Part shown: positions 39,452 to 51,810 of the stretch, in pieces
How the letters are laid out: the number at the start of each line of letters is the position of its first letter
Numbering within the stretch: the stretch's first letter is position 1
Sequence record: OR780565.1
DNA length: 64,000 bases
Direction: 5' to 3' (one strand)
Origin: Escherichia phage DCP2
Notes under the pieces: generated by a model
Seen by the model: the letters and a program-made list of their open reading frames with translations, nothing else
Told to the model about the DNA's origin: nothing
The model's database searches: none
Program-made: the position numbers and the translations under genes

Positions 39452-42400
39452 CTATTTTAACCTGTGTTGGATTTTCAGGGTCTCTTGGATTTCCTATATT
39501 ATCTTTTAGACGTTTATTAACTAAATCCCTAAACTGTGCAAATGTTGTTCCAGATGCGTCAAATAGAGGACTCATTAACTTGCGTCGTTCAGAAGGCAAT
39601 TGACCTTGAAATATTGAATTACTATTTTCAGCATTATAGTCATCAGGAAGAGGATATTTTACACCAGCCATTGGGCCAGGTTCATAAATTGCTTCTCCTG
39701 TCACTGAATCATGTTCAATTTCGCCAGTTGGAGTTAATTTAGCTACTCTATCAGCATATTCAGTAGGCAATCCAGAATCCCATTTGTAGTTTTTGTATTT
39801 ATTAATTATAGTCTCTGTGTGTTTAAGAGTTAAACCAACATTAATAAACATCGTTAAAAGGGTAATTGCTATAAATCCAAATCCTACTGGATGAACAAAA
39901 CGAATAACGTCAGATTTCCAGCGAGAAGAAGGTAAATTGGATTTAATTTTCATTACATAATATGATCGGCTTCTATTAATATAGTCTATATTATTTTGAA
40001 GCAAATCCTTTCCTTTAACACCACGAATAATTTCGCCTTCAAAACTCGGAAGTCTTTCTGCTTTAACTTCTTGACCAGCAATTAATCTTCCCAAAAGATT
40101 ATGAATAGTTACGGTCCATTGCAATTTACCATTAGAATAACTTCTTTCTATATAAGTAACATTACATCTTCCTGTGGCTGTATAAATCGTTTGTCCTACC
40201 AAATCTTCAGTTAAAGAATCAGATTGAACGATTATATCGTATTCAGTACCAGCACCAGATTCAATTTCAATTTCAACTTCTTCATTATAAAGAACTTTAA
40301 AAAGAAATTTGTATGATGCTTCAATTCCTTTAGTAGAATAAAAATCATAGCTACGTGATTCAAAAAATCTTGCAACAGCATCACGTTTGTCAGCATTTAA
40401 ATAAATGTTTCTTTTATATATCTCTGACCACAAATATTCCCATGCATGCTCTTCTCGTGGATATTTGTTACGAATTAAATTTCGTAAATTGTTATACTGA
40501 GTTCCATATCCATCAGAAAGATATTGAATATATGCTTCGCAAAATGCCTCAAAATTCGAATCTTGTAGTAAATAAGAATCAGGCATCATTGTGCCAATCA
40601 ATGGTCTTAAATCAGGGTCAGCTAATCCGTGCTCTTCTTCTGGTGACCAAGGAGTCTCATGCTCTTGGTTTTGTAAAAATGCTTTTAAAAATATTCCAGT
40701 TGGCTTCCAAATTATTTCAACCGTGTCTCTCACTCGATAGTTAAAATCATAATAAGAAATTATTTCACCAGAGGATTTATAAAAAAGCATCCCAGACGCA
40801 TATTTTTTAAATCCCGTGAATTTAACGTTTGGCATTACTATAGTGCAATCGCCGTCATCCCAGTATTCATGAACTAATCTATCTGGCGATGTTTCTGGAA
40901 AATTTTCAATAACTTTAGTATATTTTAAATCTGCATAAACTACCACAGCCCTATTAGAGTTGTTTATCCAGCACCGTGTATTAGACTTTTTAGACCAGTT
41001 AAAGAATGGTTCTGCATAGTATTTCATTGGCTGAGGCGTAAAAGTTTCCCAATCAGACTTTTCATCTGCTATAAATGCCATCATATGATAATGCTTATCA
41101 GCTAACCATTCACGAGGAAATTCATATTTAACGGCACCGATTAACTGATATTTTGCTACAGTTTCAGGGTCATTAACAACGTTATCATTTAAAAATTTAA
41201 AATTACTCGAAGATAGAGAAACTAATTTACCATCAGTTGACATATTCGCATACCCAGGTTGAATACGTCTTCTTTCTTCTTCAGTGTTGCCAAAAACTCT
41301 TTTCCACGTTTTTGTGTCATGATTTAAAACATATATTCCTTTATCAGTAGAATCAATTATTTTTGACGTTCTAGGATTAGCATTTAATGTTTCAACTTCA
41401 CCGATAATAAGAGCAAAAACTTTATCACCAATAGAATCCATTTTATAGCATACTGCTTTAGGATTTCCAGTTATAGTCATTGTATCAGGTTCAAATAGCC
41501 TTTCCGAATATGTTGGAGATAATGGATCAGAATCTATAGGTGCATTACTCGTTTTTATGTATCTAACTTTGTCTCTGGCGACAACGTAAATGTAATCATC
41601 GGTGCAAGTAATAGCTTCAGCTATACGATACACGTTTGCAGGTAATGTAGCATAAGTACCAAAGATTTCAACATCAAATCCCAAATGAAGTTGATCACCA
41701 AGTTTAGCGAATGTTATGTCCTGCGAACTAAATCTGACATCATCAGCTGACCATCTAACATCAGTAGATTTGCGGCCATAGAAAATCTTGTCGTATCCTA
41801 GAACGTATGTTGTGCTCGCAGATTGGTAATATACAGTCTTAGATAAAGGATATCCTACACGGTCATTGAAGAGCTTTACAGCTTTCCAGGTTTGACCTTT
41901 ATCATTGGATACTTTAACTACAGGTTGATAACGCTCAAAAAGATATAGAATCCCTTCTGATTCCATCAAATAAACTCGATTAATATCCTTACATACTTGC
42001 TGAATAGAACCTTGTATTTCATGATACTCATTTTCACCAATAATAAAATTACTTATTGATGAAACATCAGCATATGATGGGCTGAATTGGAATGATTCAT
42101 TCATCAATGCAGCCATTATAGTATCATTATTAAAATTAACATAGTCAGAATTATTAAGAGTAAATTTTTCCTGAATGAATTTATTAGCTAATTGCATTTC
42201 AATCATGTTTTGAAATGTATAAGCGTTTGTAGCAAAAGTTTCAAACTCTTCGGTATAAATCCAATCAGACTGCTCAAAATCCTGTGCAGCTGTAGCTACT
42301 CTAATAATGTACGATGTCAATGGATTAGCATTATCAAAAAAGAAGCTGTTATTTGCAGTATATCCTAAGTTAATCCATCGGTATTGATTGCTCGGGAGAT

Positions 42401-42542
42401 TTTCCCCCGAGTTTGTTTTTGTCTCAGCGATTTCTACAAAATAGTAGAAATTAGCACCAACGTCATCCCAGCGTACTTGCACCTGATTTGCGGATAACTT
42501 GGAAATTCTGAGACTAGTGACTGAAGGTGCTTTTACTGTCAT
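39444..42542 (-). CDS. 7: gp7 baseplate wedge initiator
   Basis: 1032 aa, same as T4 gp7. Confidence 0.9.
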   Translation of the reverse strand: MTVKAPSVTSLRISKLSANQVQVRWDDVGANFYYFVEIAETKTNSGENLPSNQYRWINLGYTANNSFFFDNANPLTSYIIRVATAAQDFEQSDWIYTEEFETFATNAYTFQNMIEMQLANKFIQEKFTLNNSDYVNFNNDTIMAALMNESFQFSPSYADVSSISNFIIGENEYHEIQGSIQQVCKDINRVYLMESEGILYLFERYQPVVKVSNDKGQTWKAVKLFNDRVGYPLSKTVYYQSASTTYVLGYDKIFYGRKSTDVRWSADDVRFSSQDITFAKLGDQLHLGFDVEIFGTYATLPANVYRIAEAITCTDDYIYVVARDKVRYIKTSNAPIDSDPLSPTYSERLFEPDTMTITGNPKAVCYKMDSIGDKVFALIIGEVETLNANPRTSKIIDSTDKGIYVLNHDTKTWKRVFGNTEEERRRIQPGYANMSTDGKLVSLSSSNFKFLNDNVVNDPETVAKYQLIGAVKYEFPREWLADKHYHMMAFIADEKSDWETFTPQPMKYYAEPFFNWSKKSNTRCWINNSNRAVVVYADLKYTKVIENFPETSPDRLVHEYWDDGDCTIVMPNVKFTGFKKYASGMLFYKSSGEIISYYDFNYRVRDTVEIIWKPTGIFLKAFLQNQEHETPWSPEEEHGLADPDLRPLIGTMMPDSYLLQDSNFEAFCEAYIQYLSDGYGTQYNNLRNLIRNKYPREEHAWEYLWSEIYKRNIYLNADKRDAVARFFESRSYDFYSTKGIEASYKFLFKVLYNEEVEIEIESGAGTEYDIIVQSDSLTEDLVGQTIYTATGRCNVTYIERSYSNGKLQWTVTIHNLLGRLIAGQEVKAERLPSFEGEIIRGVKGKDLLQNNIDYINRSRSYYVMKIKSNLPSSRWKSDVIRFVHPVGFGFIAITLLTMFINVGLTLKHTETIINKYKNYKWDSGLPTEYADRVAKLTPTGEIEHDSVTGEAIYEPGPMAGVKYPLPDDYNAENSNSIFQGQLPSERRKLMSPLFDASGTTFAQFRDLVNKRLKDNIGNPRDPENPTQVKIDE

Positions 42543-44521
42543 TGTGATATAGGCTCCAAATCGATAGTTAAGTATTGCGGGCGTAAATCATTTTCAAATA
42601 CAATCAGTGAACCATCACGTGTGAAAATAACATCGTCTATTGGGTCAGAATATAGTTCAATAGTCTGAACCTCAAATTTATCGGATGTTAAATTAATTTT
42701 AGCGATATTCCAATAAATCATATCAGCTGGATAATTTATTTCACCGATAACATAGTATTTGTCGCGTCCATCAGAATTTGCTAATTTATTAAAATCATTG
42801 CCTGTATATGGCTGAATGTTTTCATTTTCTGTAACATCGCCAGAAGCAAATGGACCAATAATAACTTTACCAATTCCTTTAGAATCTCGGTCTGTTGATA
42901 CTATACGAACATCATATAATACATCTTCTTCTAAACCAGTATCAGGATTTACAACCTTTCGTCCAGAATTAAATGAAAACGTATTAGATTCCATAGAACG
43001 ATCTTTTATTTGATTATTGTATTTAATACCTGCTTCAGGTGTTTTATAGAAGTTTTGTACTTCACGAACCATTTGAATAGTCGCTGATGAACCAATGACA
43101 GAATGATCTGCATCATCTACATAAGTTAACATCTTAGATTTAGCGAAAGACGAGTTAAAAATTTCTACATCTTCGGTATAATAGCGATCAATTTTATCAA
43201 TTATTTGACCTTCTAGCCACTGTTCTGATTCTTGCAGCTTATTTAAAGCATATGTGACTTTTAAATTAGTCTTAACAAAAAGATAATTAGGAGAAATAAT
43301 TGATGGTGTAATAGGAGCTAAATTATAATCTTTGAGATAATTTTTAATATCTTCACGTTGTACAGTAGTTAAATATAGTCCTGATTTAGGTTTAGCAGCA
43401 ATAAATGCATAACCGGGTTTAGTAGAATCAGTGAAAGTCTGAACCGCTTGAATAATAGAACCGAATCTTTCTGAAACAAATGTATCATAGTCGGTCGCAG
43501 TTACGCAGCGTTGCTGGGTTTCGCGTTTAATAGTACCCAATTCGCGAATACGCTCAATATCTTCTGGATCGCCACCGCCATCTGCCCCAACAAAATCTGG
43601 GTCATCGTTTGGATTTTCATTAATGTTGATGACAGTTATATTTGTTAATGTATCTGCATATGAAAATCCGACTGCGCCATTCGCATCTGCACCGTTAGTA
43701 CTGATGTACTCAATAACAATCGTAGAGTTCTGGGTAGGTTTAAGACCTCCAATATAATTAGCGGTCAATGCTCCTTCTGCCGCATTAACGGAAATCTCAC
43801 CTTCACCAAAATAAAATTCAGTATTTCCATCAATAGTTTCACGCATGTAGTAAATTGTTGATGTAGAACCAGCATGAACCATTGACTTTCTTGTCCAGTT
43901 AATCCATTCTGCTCCATCAACATACAGCTTAACTTGGTTTCTATCTATATTTTTGTCATAAATGATAATAGGTGTTAATTTATCATAAATGATTTCAGTT
44001 CTTACTATACGTCCCTGGGCTAATTTTAAACGCGGAAAATATTGGTTATTTTTATCGCGAATAGCAATAACATCTTCGGTAGATACAAAGTTATAAGGAT
44101 TAACGGAAGTATCTTTTGCATATGCTAAAAAGCGAGTACCGCGAGGAATAGTAATGTAATTTCTATTCAATGCGTCGGTGCATGTTAACATAATTTCGGT
44201 CTGCGCAGCGGATTTTGAAGTAGGTAAATATCCGTTATCTTGTGCAGCTTGAACAACTGAACTTCGTAAGTTAGCAGTACGCATAAAGCTTTCATACACA
44301 GCAGCATTACCAAACTGTTGAATGTACAGCGTATTATAAGCCAAAAGGTCGCACAGAACGTTTAATCTTGAGCCTTCAAAATCATAATCCAAAAATTCAT
44401 TTTGGCCATTAAGCCATTCAATGAGGTTTTGTTTTATTTCAGCAAATGTACCCCCGACGAATATCTCGGGAATAGCATTTGCTGTTCTTGTTAATTGATA
44501 ATTTACAGGGGTATTTGCCAT
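42539..44521 (-). CDS. 6: gp6 baseplate wedge subunit
   Basis: 660 aa, same as T4 gp6. Confidence 0.9.
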   Translation of the reverse strand: MANTPVNYQLTRTANAIPEIFVGGTFAEIKQNLIEWLNGQNEFLDYDFEGSRLNVLCDLLAYNTLYIQQFGNAAVYESFMRTANLRSSVVQAAQDNGYLPTSKSAAQTEIMLTCTDALNRNYITIPRGTRFLAYAKDTSVNPYNFVSTEDVIAIRDKNNQYFPRLKLAQGRIVRTEIIYDKLTPIIIYDKNIDRNQVKLYVDGAEWINWTRKSMVHAGSTSTIYYMRETIDGNTEFYFGEGEISVNAAEGALTANYIGGLKPTQNSTIVIEYISTNGADANGAVGFSYADTLTNITVININENPNDDPDFVGADGGGDPEDIERIRELGTIKRETQQRCVTATDYDTFVSERFGSIIQAVQTFTDSTKPGYAFIAAKPKSGLYLTTVQREDIKNYLKDYNLAPITPSIISPNYLFVKTNLKVTYALNKLQESEQWLEGQIIDKIDRYYTEDVEIFNSSFAKSKMLTYVDDADHSVIGSSATIQMVREVQNFYKTPEAGIKYNNQIKDRSMESNTFSFNSGRKVVNPDTGLEEDVLYDVRIVSTDRDSKGIGKVIIGPFASGDVTENENIQPYTGNDFNKLANSDGRDKYYVIGEINYPADMIYWNIAKINLTSDKFEVQTIELYSDPIDDVIFTRDGSLIVFENDLRPQYLTIDLEPISQ

Positions 44522-44529
44522 TTTAAATC

Positions 44530-44823
44530 CTATTTAATGAATACTTTAGATGATGCCTGAGCCACAGTATCACCGCATGATATTGGATCAGCCATTTGAA
44601 CCGCTTTCTTTCCAGTGACATATACCTTAGAAGTTCTAGGTTGTGTCACTCCGCCATGTGTTTCATATGGCTTTTTAATTTCTGTATGTTCTGTAATTGG
44701 ATCACCTGCTACGAGAACAGCAATTCCTCCAGTGAATACTTTACTTTGTGTGGCATTCACAACTGTTGGAGGCCATGCTTCATGGCCAGCAGTAACACAC
44801 TTATCATAACTTAATCCTGACAT
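44530..44823 (-). CDS. 5.4: gp5.4 PAAR-repeat spike tip
   Basis: 97 aa, same as T4 gp5.4; position between genes 5 and 6. Confidence 0.8.
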
Positions 44824-45378
44824 CTATGACCTCTCATACACATAGCTTCTTAATTTATTAGCCCAACGACTCCAATTTCCAACTATAGTTTTTGTGTAAT
44901 TTTTAACTAGAGTTTTTCTTACTGGAGCAGGAGGATCCGTCGGTTCAGTAGTATCAGAGGATGACCTAGAATTACTGCCAGAACCTCCAGATTCACTTTG
45001 TTCTTGGTAGTCATATATTAATGTTACTTCGTAAGTGAATGTCTTCTGGAGGTTTTGAGGAGCTTTCCATAAATACAACTGAGTATCAGAATCAGTAGGA
45101 AGTTCTTCCCATGAAGCAGCAGTTTTAAATTCATCGCCTAAACGATATTTCAACGCGTCATTTCCAAATCCAAACACAGATTCATATGTTCCGTATAAGC
45201 GATTTTCTTCTACTAAAACCCCAGGAGTTTCTTCGTAACTAGTTATATTTATAGATACTAACGTTTCACCTGTTTCTAATTGAGCGGTAAAGGTGACGTC
45301 GATAGAAGAACCTTCCATGGATTCTCCTAAATCAGCGCTCATTGGAAGTATATTAGCCAATGTCAATCCTCGATCCAT
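44824..45378 (-). CDS. gp5.1-like hypothetical protein
   Basis: About 184-aa ORF between genes 5 and 5.4; start uncertain (ATG at 45378 or 45342; track start is TTG). Confidence 0.55.
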
Positions 45379-47080
45379 CAATTGTGTATTGACCAGATGA
45401 AATAGAACTCATAGATGCCATTTTTTCTGTCCAATCACCACCAACGTCCCAATCAACTGTCCCAGCAACTTTCCAAGAAAGATTTCCATTTACTGTGTTA
45501 GTTTGATTTCCTTCAACTAAAGTGGTAGCATCTCCTTTAACTGTAATGTCAGCATTACCTTCAACTACAATAGTAACATTACCTTTAACTAGGATAGTTC
45601 CATTGCCTTCAACTGTCTTAGTTTCATCGCCACGTACAAATATTGTATTGCTTCCATCTATTTGGTGAAGACGATTATCCATGTTGTAATAAATTTCTGA
45701 TCCACCGACGTTAGTCTTTTTATCACCGGCTACCAAAAAATTACCATCAGCATTTGTTATATCATACAAATTATCAACAGTTTTTCTTGTTCTTCTTCCT
45801 GACGGTGATACTTCCTCATATGTTCCAGTCGGATGAACTAATCTGTATCGTTCTTGTCCCGGGGTATCGTCAAATTCCTGAATATGACCGCTTTCAGTTT
45901 CCATTGTGTGAACATACGGATATTCACCTTTATATGAAGAAACAGGTTCTTTGAATAAAATTCTTGAATCATTCGGAATAGGAGGATCGGCCGGGTCAGA
46001 AGACTTTACTACAGTAGCAGCCATTGCTGACAAAGACCTAGCTGGCGTTTTAACTTCAATACCGTATGATTCCAAATTCCCTGTAAGAATAATCATGGTA
46101 ACACGGGATGCACGGCCTTTTGTTTGTTGATACCACAATGAATCACGACCGGCTTTATATGCTTTTTCCCAATCTCCGGCTAACATAGCAGTTAACATTG
46201 TGTTAAATTTAGCTACGCCACCAACGCCCATTTGGAATGCCATATTTTCTAACGCCATTTGACGAGAACGATTAACTGCTTTCCAAACTGGGCCAACTTT
46301 AGAATGTGATTTAATGTCACGTTGCATATCAGCCAAATCGCGTTCAAATAAAGTTACCGCTTCTTCCATTGTAATAGAACCTGGATTTCCGGTAATTTCA
46401 CGACCAACTTGTTTTGATAAAACTTTATTAATTTGAGCCATATCACGAACTGGCTGCTTTATGATAAGATGACCAATACCAATTGTCGGATATCCTTCAG
46501 TATCCCAATAAACTTTTAGTCTTAATCCTTCATCACGGCGAAGCATGTCAGCCATTGACATATTTGGATTATCATCGGTTGGAATCTCTGATAGTGGTCT
46601 ATCATCGGGATTTATTGCAGTGTCTAAGTTACTATCTTGGATAATGTTAGAAGACGAATCATATCCTACTTCTCCGCCTTGGTTTAATACATTAGTATCA
46701 TTTCCTAGACGTCTAGGATACTGTCCAGTTGGGTCAGAAAATCCTTCAAGTCTATTAGGTTTTTCGCGAACTATTCCACCATACGTGCCAAGAACAATTC
46801 CGTTAGTTTTCCATTTGTCTAAAAAATGACCATAAACTCTAGTTCCTTCTACCGGACCAGTAACGGAGCCTCCAATTCCAGACATTGCTGCAGAAGTTAT
46901 AGGTTGAATAACTGACATCCATGGTAATTTATCAGTTGGAATACCCATTACATCGCCTTGTGCTCTTTGAGGTGGATGCAGACCAACTACACGAACACGA
47001 ACACGACCTAATTTTAATGGGTCCATTCTATCTTCAACAACACCAACAAACCAATTAAGGTTATTACTTATCATTTCCAT
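45353..47080 (-). CDS. 5: gp5 baseplate hub spike with lysozyme domain
   Basis: 575 aa, same as T4 gp5; internal T4-lysozyme-like segment (RRDEGLRLKVYWDTEGYPTIGIGHLI); C-terminal beta-helix repeats (VxGxxTxxVxGN). Confidence 0.95.
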   Translation of the reverse strand: MEMISNNLNWFVGVVEDRMDPLKLGRVRVRVVGLHPPQRAQGDVMGIPTDKLPWMSVIQPITSAAMSGIGGSVTGPVEGTRVYGHFLDKWKTNGIVLGTYGGIVREKPNRLEGFSDPTGQYPRRLGNDTNVLNQGGEVGYDSSSNIIQDSNLDTAINPDDRPLSEIPTDDNPNMSMADMLRRDEGLRLKVYWDTEGYPTIGIGHLIIKQPVRDMAQINKVLSKQVGREITGNPGSITMEEAVTLFERDLADMQRDIKSHSKVGPVWKAVNRSRQMALENMAFQMGVGGVAKFNTMLTAMLAGDWEKAYKAGRDSLWYQQTKGRASRVTMIILTGNLESYGIEVKTPARSLSAMAATVVKSSDPADPPIPNDSRILFKEPVSSYKGEYPYVHTMETESGHIQEFDDTPGQERYRLVHPTGTYEEVSPSGRRTRKTVDNLYDITNADGNFLVAGDKKTNVGGSEIYYNMDNRLHQIDGSNTIFVRGDETKTVEGNGTILVKGNVTIVVEGNADITVKGDATTLVEGNQTNTVNGNLSWKVAGTVDWDVGGDWTEKMASMSSISSGQYTIDGSRIDIG

Positions 47081-47654
47081 AAGATTTCTCCATTATACGT
47101 ATAAGGTCGTTCATAAATGAATTGATGTCTGATTTTGCTATTATTTTTATTTGACGAAGTTTTTCATTTTCAAGAACAGCAGCTTCATACGTATCGACCG
47201 CAGCAAGTGCTCCTTCATATTGAGGATATTTTCTAGCTTTATCGCCTTTGTCATACCAAACATATGGATTATCATCGTATGATATTAAATTATAAAATTT
47301 TTCACCATTCTCATTCACATGATATACTATTTGGTCTCCACCTACATTTTTGTATTTTTGTATAGATGCTTGATAAGCAGCTTCTTGCGAAGTAATCCAT
47401 CCATAATACGGATCATAATTATCATTACACATCAATAAAACCCAATACAACTGTGGATTTCCATATATAGCATTTGCTAATTCTTCCGGGCGTGGTGAAC
47501 CTTTAATATAATAAGTACGTAAACGGTATCCCGCAAGAGCGCGTTTGAAATAGTCTTTATAGTTTCTAAAAATATCTGTCATAGGAATAGTCGGCGCGTT
47601 TTTATTCACCGTTTTGGCCGCATATTCAATCGGATCAAAAAATGTAAAGAGCAT
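47064..47654 (-). CDS. 53: gp53 baseplate wedge subunit
   Basis: 196 aa, same as T4 gp53. Confidence 0.85.
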   Translation of the reverse strand: MLFTFFDPIEYAAKTVNKNAPTIPMTDIFRNYKDYFKRALAGYRLRTYYIKGSPRPEELANAIYGNPQLYWVLLMCNDNYDPYYGWITSQEAAYQASIQKYKNVGGDQIVYHVNENGEKFYNLISYDDNPYVWYDKGDKARKYPQYEGALAAVDTYEAAVLENEKLRQIKIIAKSDINSFMNDLIRIMEKSYGNDK

Positions 47655-47667
47655 GGGCCCTCCTGTT

Positions 47668-47690
47668 TATAAATATATTATCTATTTATA
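47668..47690. promoter_or_regulatory. divergent late promoters for genes 4 (plus) and 53 (minus)
   Basis: Plus-strand TATAAATA at 47668-47675; minus-strand TATAAATA (tatttata) at 47683-47690. Confidence 0.6.
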
Positions 47691-47701
47691 AGGAGAATCC
47701 A

Positions 47702-48154
47702 ATGGCATATTCTGGAAAATGGGTTCCTAAAAATATATCAAAATATAGAGGTGACCCTAAAAAAATTACGTATAGATCAAATTGGGAAAAATTCTTTTTT
47801 GAATGGTTAGATAAAAATCCAGAAATTATTGCATGGGGTAGTGAAACAGCAGTAATTCCTTATTTTTGTAATGCAGAAGGGAAAAAACGTAGATACTTCA
47901 TGGATATTTGGATGAAAGATTCTTCTGGACAAGAATTTTTTATTGAAATAAAGCCTAAAAAAGAAACACAACCACCAATTAAACCAGCACATCTAACAAC
48001 CGCAGCGAAGAAAAGATTTATGAATGAAATTTATACATATTCCGTTAATACTGACAAATGGAAAGCAGCTCAAGCTTTAGCTGAAAAGCGTGGAATAAAA
48101 TTTAGAATTTTAACAGAAGATGGATTACGAGCTCTTGGCTTTAAGGGGGCATAA
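47702..48154 (+). CDS. 4: gp4 head completion protein
   Basis: 150 aa, same as T4 gp4; AGGAG RBS. Confidence 0.85.
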   Translation: MAYSGKWVPKNISKYRGDPKKITYRSNWEKFFFEWLDKNPEIIAWGSETAVIPYFCNAEGKKRRYFMDIWMKDSSGQEFFIEIKPKKETQPPIKPAHLTTAAKKRFMNEIYTYSVNTDKWKAAQALAEKRGIKFRILTEDGLRALGFKGA

Positions 48155-48981
48155 TGGCTATTTTTCAAATAATTAATGAAAGCACTCCCCAAGTTCCAAA
48201 GGTTAAGCAATCATTAAACGAAAAGAAATGGATTCAGATAGGTCTTGAATACAAAAAGGCCAAAGCAAAAGGAATGACAGGAAAGCAATTTGCTGAAGAA
48301 AGAGGAATCAAATACTCTACGTTTACTTCGGCAATGTCAAAATATGCTTCAGGAATTAAAACAGCTGAAAAGATTCAAAATCTTGAATCAAAACCAATGA
48401 ATAAACTCAATAAGCAAGAAAGACAACTGCTTATGATAAATTCATTCAGACAAACATTGCGTGATAAAATTCGTAATGAAGGCGCAGCAATTAATAATAA
48501 AACCAGAAAGTGGTTTGCTGAAACTATTAAGCAGGTAAAAGGACATAAAGTTGTTCGCCCGCAGCCGGGACGAATATATGCTTTTGCTTATGATGCTAAA
48601 CACAAGGAAACTCTTCCTTATTGGGATAAATTTCCTTTGATAATTTACCTTGGTTTAGGTAAACATAATTTAATGTACGGATTGAACTTGCACTATATTC
48701 CACCTAAAGCTCGTCAACAGTTTCTAGAAGAGCTTTTAAAGCAATATGCAAATACACCTACTATTACTAATAAAACGAAATTGAAAATTGATTGGAGTCA
48801 AGTGAAAGGATTTAGGGGTGCAGACCAAATGATTAAGGCATATATACCTGGTAATATTATGGGTAGCCTAGTTGAAATCGCCCCGAAAGACTGGGCGAAC
48901 GTTGTGTTAATGCCACTCCAAAGCTTCTACTCCAAAGGAAAACGTTTCTCTGCAAACAAAGTTTGGAGCAATGTACGATGA
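48154..48981 (+). CDS. 2: gp2 DNA end protector protein
   Basis: 275 aa (T4 gp2 274); ATG overlaps the gene 4 stop. Confidence 0.85.
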   Translation: MAIFQIINESTPQVPKVKQSLNEKKWIQIGLEYKKAKAKGMTGKQFAEERGIKYSTFTSAMSKYASGIKTAEKIQNLESKPMNKLNKQERQLLMINSFRQTLRDKIRNEGAAINNKTRKWFAETIKQVKGHKVVRPQPGRIYAFAYDAKHKETLPYWDKFPLIIYLGLGKHNLMYGLNLHYIPPKARQQFLEELLKQYANTPTITNKTKLKIDWSQVKGFRGADQMIKAYIPGNIMGSLVEIAPKDWANVVLMPLQSFYSKGKRFSANKVWSNVR

Positions 48982-49637
48982 ATTATGAAAAAATTTATAA
49001 TTCACTAATTGATAGGGCTCGCAATAGAGCCCTTACTGGATATAAAGAAAGACATCATATTATTCCGAAATGTTTAGGCGGTAGTAATGATGCTTCTAAC
49101 TTGGTTGATTTAACTCCAGAAGAGCATTATGTTGCACATCAACTATTAGTAAAAATACACCCAAATTCTTTAAAATTATCTTATGCGGCCATAAAAATGA
49201 CGGTTTCAACTAAATATGTTAGGAGAAATAATAAAGTTTATGGTTGGTTAAAAAGAAAACATGCAAATAATATTTCAAATACACAAACTGGACGAAAATA
49301 TTATAATAATGGTAAAAGATGTATAAAATTGCATGATGGAGATATAATTCCTGAGGGATTTATTTTAGGAAGAGGATGGAGTCCGACACAAGGCACAACT
49401 CATTCTAGAAAAAATGATACATTTAAAAACAAAAAGCTTCAATCTGCTTTAGCTAATAAACGGTGGGAAAAAGAAAAGAAAATAATGTTAGATAACTTTG
49501 GAGTTAGCACTATTGATGAAGCAAAGAAAATTGTTCTTGATTTTAAATCAACTTGTCATCCAAGATATTGGCGAAAGCCAACTTTAGAAAAATTTCCATT
49601 TATGACTTCTGCTCGTTTAAGAAGTCTAATAAATTAA
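48978..49637 (+). CDS. HNH homing endonuclease inserted between genes 2 and 3
   Basis: HNH motif ([32 protein letters not shown]); ATG at 48978 overlaps the gene 2 stop (ATGA). Confidence 0.7.
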   Translation: MNYEKIYNSLIDRARNRALTGYKERHHIIPKCLGGSNDASNLVDLTPEEHYVAHQLLVKIHPNSLKLSYAAIKMTVSTKYVRRNNKVYGWLKRKHANNISNTQTGRKYYNNGKRCIKLHDGDIIPEGFILGRGWSPTQGTTHSRKNDTFKNKKLQSALANKRWEKEKKIMLDNFGVSTIDEAKKIVLDFKSTCHPRYWRKPTLEKFPFMTSARLRSLIN

Positions 49638-49743
49638 TTCTATTATCTTCCATTCTTTTCTATTGTTTGTTCTAATTGGAATTGAATGGAAGGGACTTAG
49701 ACCCATTATACCACCAACATTTATAAAGCATTATGAGGAATAT

Positions 49744-50274
49744 ATGTCACAAGCTCTGCAACAAATTTTTAACCAAGCAAATACAACTAACTTTGTAGTA
49801 TCAATACCACATAGTAATACTACATCTGCTTTTACTTTAAATGCTCAGTCAGTTCCTATTCCGGGAATTAGGATACCTGTTACTGATACCGTGACTGGGC
49901 CGTTTGGACTAGGCCGAGCACAGCGTCCAGGAGTTACATTTGAATACGACCCACTCATCGTGAGATTTATAGTTGATGAAGAGCTTAAGTCGTGGATAGG
50001 AATGTATGAATGGATGCTAGGAACTAGTAACTATCTTACAGGCGAAAATACTGCCCAAAAAACAGGTCCTGAATACATTACGCTTTACATTTTAGATAAT
50101 AGTAAAACTGAAATCGTGATGTCAATAAATTTTTATAAGCCCTGGGTTTCTGACCTGTCTGAAGTAGAATTTAGCTACACAGAAGATTCAGACCCAGCCT
50201 TAGTATGCACAGCAACGATTCCTTATACGTATTTTCAAGTAGAAAAAGATGGCAAAATTATAGCAGAAGTTTAA
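49744..50274 (+). CDS. 3: gp3 tail completion / sheath stabilizer
   Basis: Start set at the MSQALQQIF ATG, giving 176 aa as in T4 gp3 (the track ORF uses an upstream TTG). Confidence 0.85.
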   Translation: MSQALQQIFNQANTTNFVVSIPHSNTTSAFTLNAQSVPIPGIRIPVTDTVTGPFGLGRAQRPGVTFEYDPLIVRFIVDEELKSWIGMYEWMLGTSNYLTGENTAQKTGPEYITLYILDNSKTEIVMSINFYKPWVSDLSEVEFSYTEDSDPALVCTATIPYTYFQVEKDGKIIAEV

Positions 50275-50298
50275 TGCTTCAGTTTCATGTGTTATAAT
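50275..50298 (+). promoter_or_regulatory. middle-type promoter (MotA box TGCTTCA plus TATAAT)
   Basis: tgcttca at 50275-50281 and tataat at 50293-50298, upstream of gene 1; same taaTGCTTCA context as the uvsY element. Confidence 0.5.
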
Positions 50299-50323
50299 CT
50301 TAACTAAATTTGAGGAGAAACAT

Positions 50324-51048
50324 ATGAAACTAATCTTTTTAAGTGGTGTAAAGCGTAGTGGAAAAGATACTACCGCAGATTTTATCATGAATAATTATTC
50401 TGCAGTTAAATATCAACTTGCTGGTCCTATTAAAGATGCATTGGCTTATGCATGGGGTGTATTTGCAGCAAACACTGACTATCCTTGCTTAACTCGTAGA
50501 GAGTTTGAAGGAATTGACTATGATCGTGAGACTAATTTGAATTTGACTAAATTAGAAGTAATTATGATTATGGAACAAGCATTTTGCTATCTTAATGGTA
50601 AAAGCCCAATTAAAGGTGTGTTTGTTTTTGATGACGAAGGAAAAGAATCAGTTAATTTCGTAGCATTTAACAAAATTACTGACGTTATAAATAATATTGA
50701 AGATCAATGGTCAGTCCGTCGTCTGATGCAAGCCCTAGGTACGGATTTGATTGTTAATAACTTCGACCGCATGTACTGGGTAAAATTATTTGCTTTAGAT
50801 TATCTTGATAAATTTAACTCAGGTTATGATTATTATATCGTTCCTGATACCCGTCAAGATCATGAAATGGATGCGGCTAGGGCGATGGGTGCTACAGTAA
50901 TTCATGTAGTTCGTCCTGGTCAAAAATCCAATGATACACATATTACAGAAGCTGGATTGCCAATTCGTGATGGCGATTTAGTAATTACAAACGATGGTTC
51001 TCTTGAAGAACTTTTTTCTAAAATTAAAAATACACTAAAGGTACTATA

Positions 51049-51049
<1 letters not shown>
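50324..51049 (+). CDS. 1: gp1 dNMP kinase
   Basis: 241 aa, same as T4 gp1; P-loop GVKRSGKDT. Confidence 0.9.
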
Positions 51050-51734
<685 letters not shown>

Positions 51735-51746
51735 TTTCACAAAGTT

Positions 51747-51776
51747 GTTTACATAGGGTTTTAGTTGTGATACTAT
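51747..51776 (+). promoter_or_regulatory. early promoter with embedded stem-loop (PeSL-like)
   Basis: gtttac-N18-tactat; flanking atagggt...accctat inverted repeat; upstream of ipI. Confidence 0.5.
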
Positions 51777-51810
51777 TACCCTATCAAAACAAAACCAAAT
51801 GGAAATCAAA

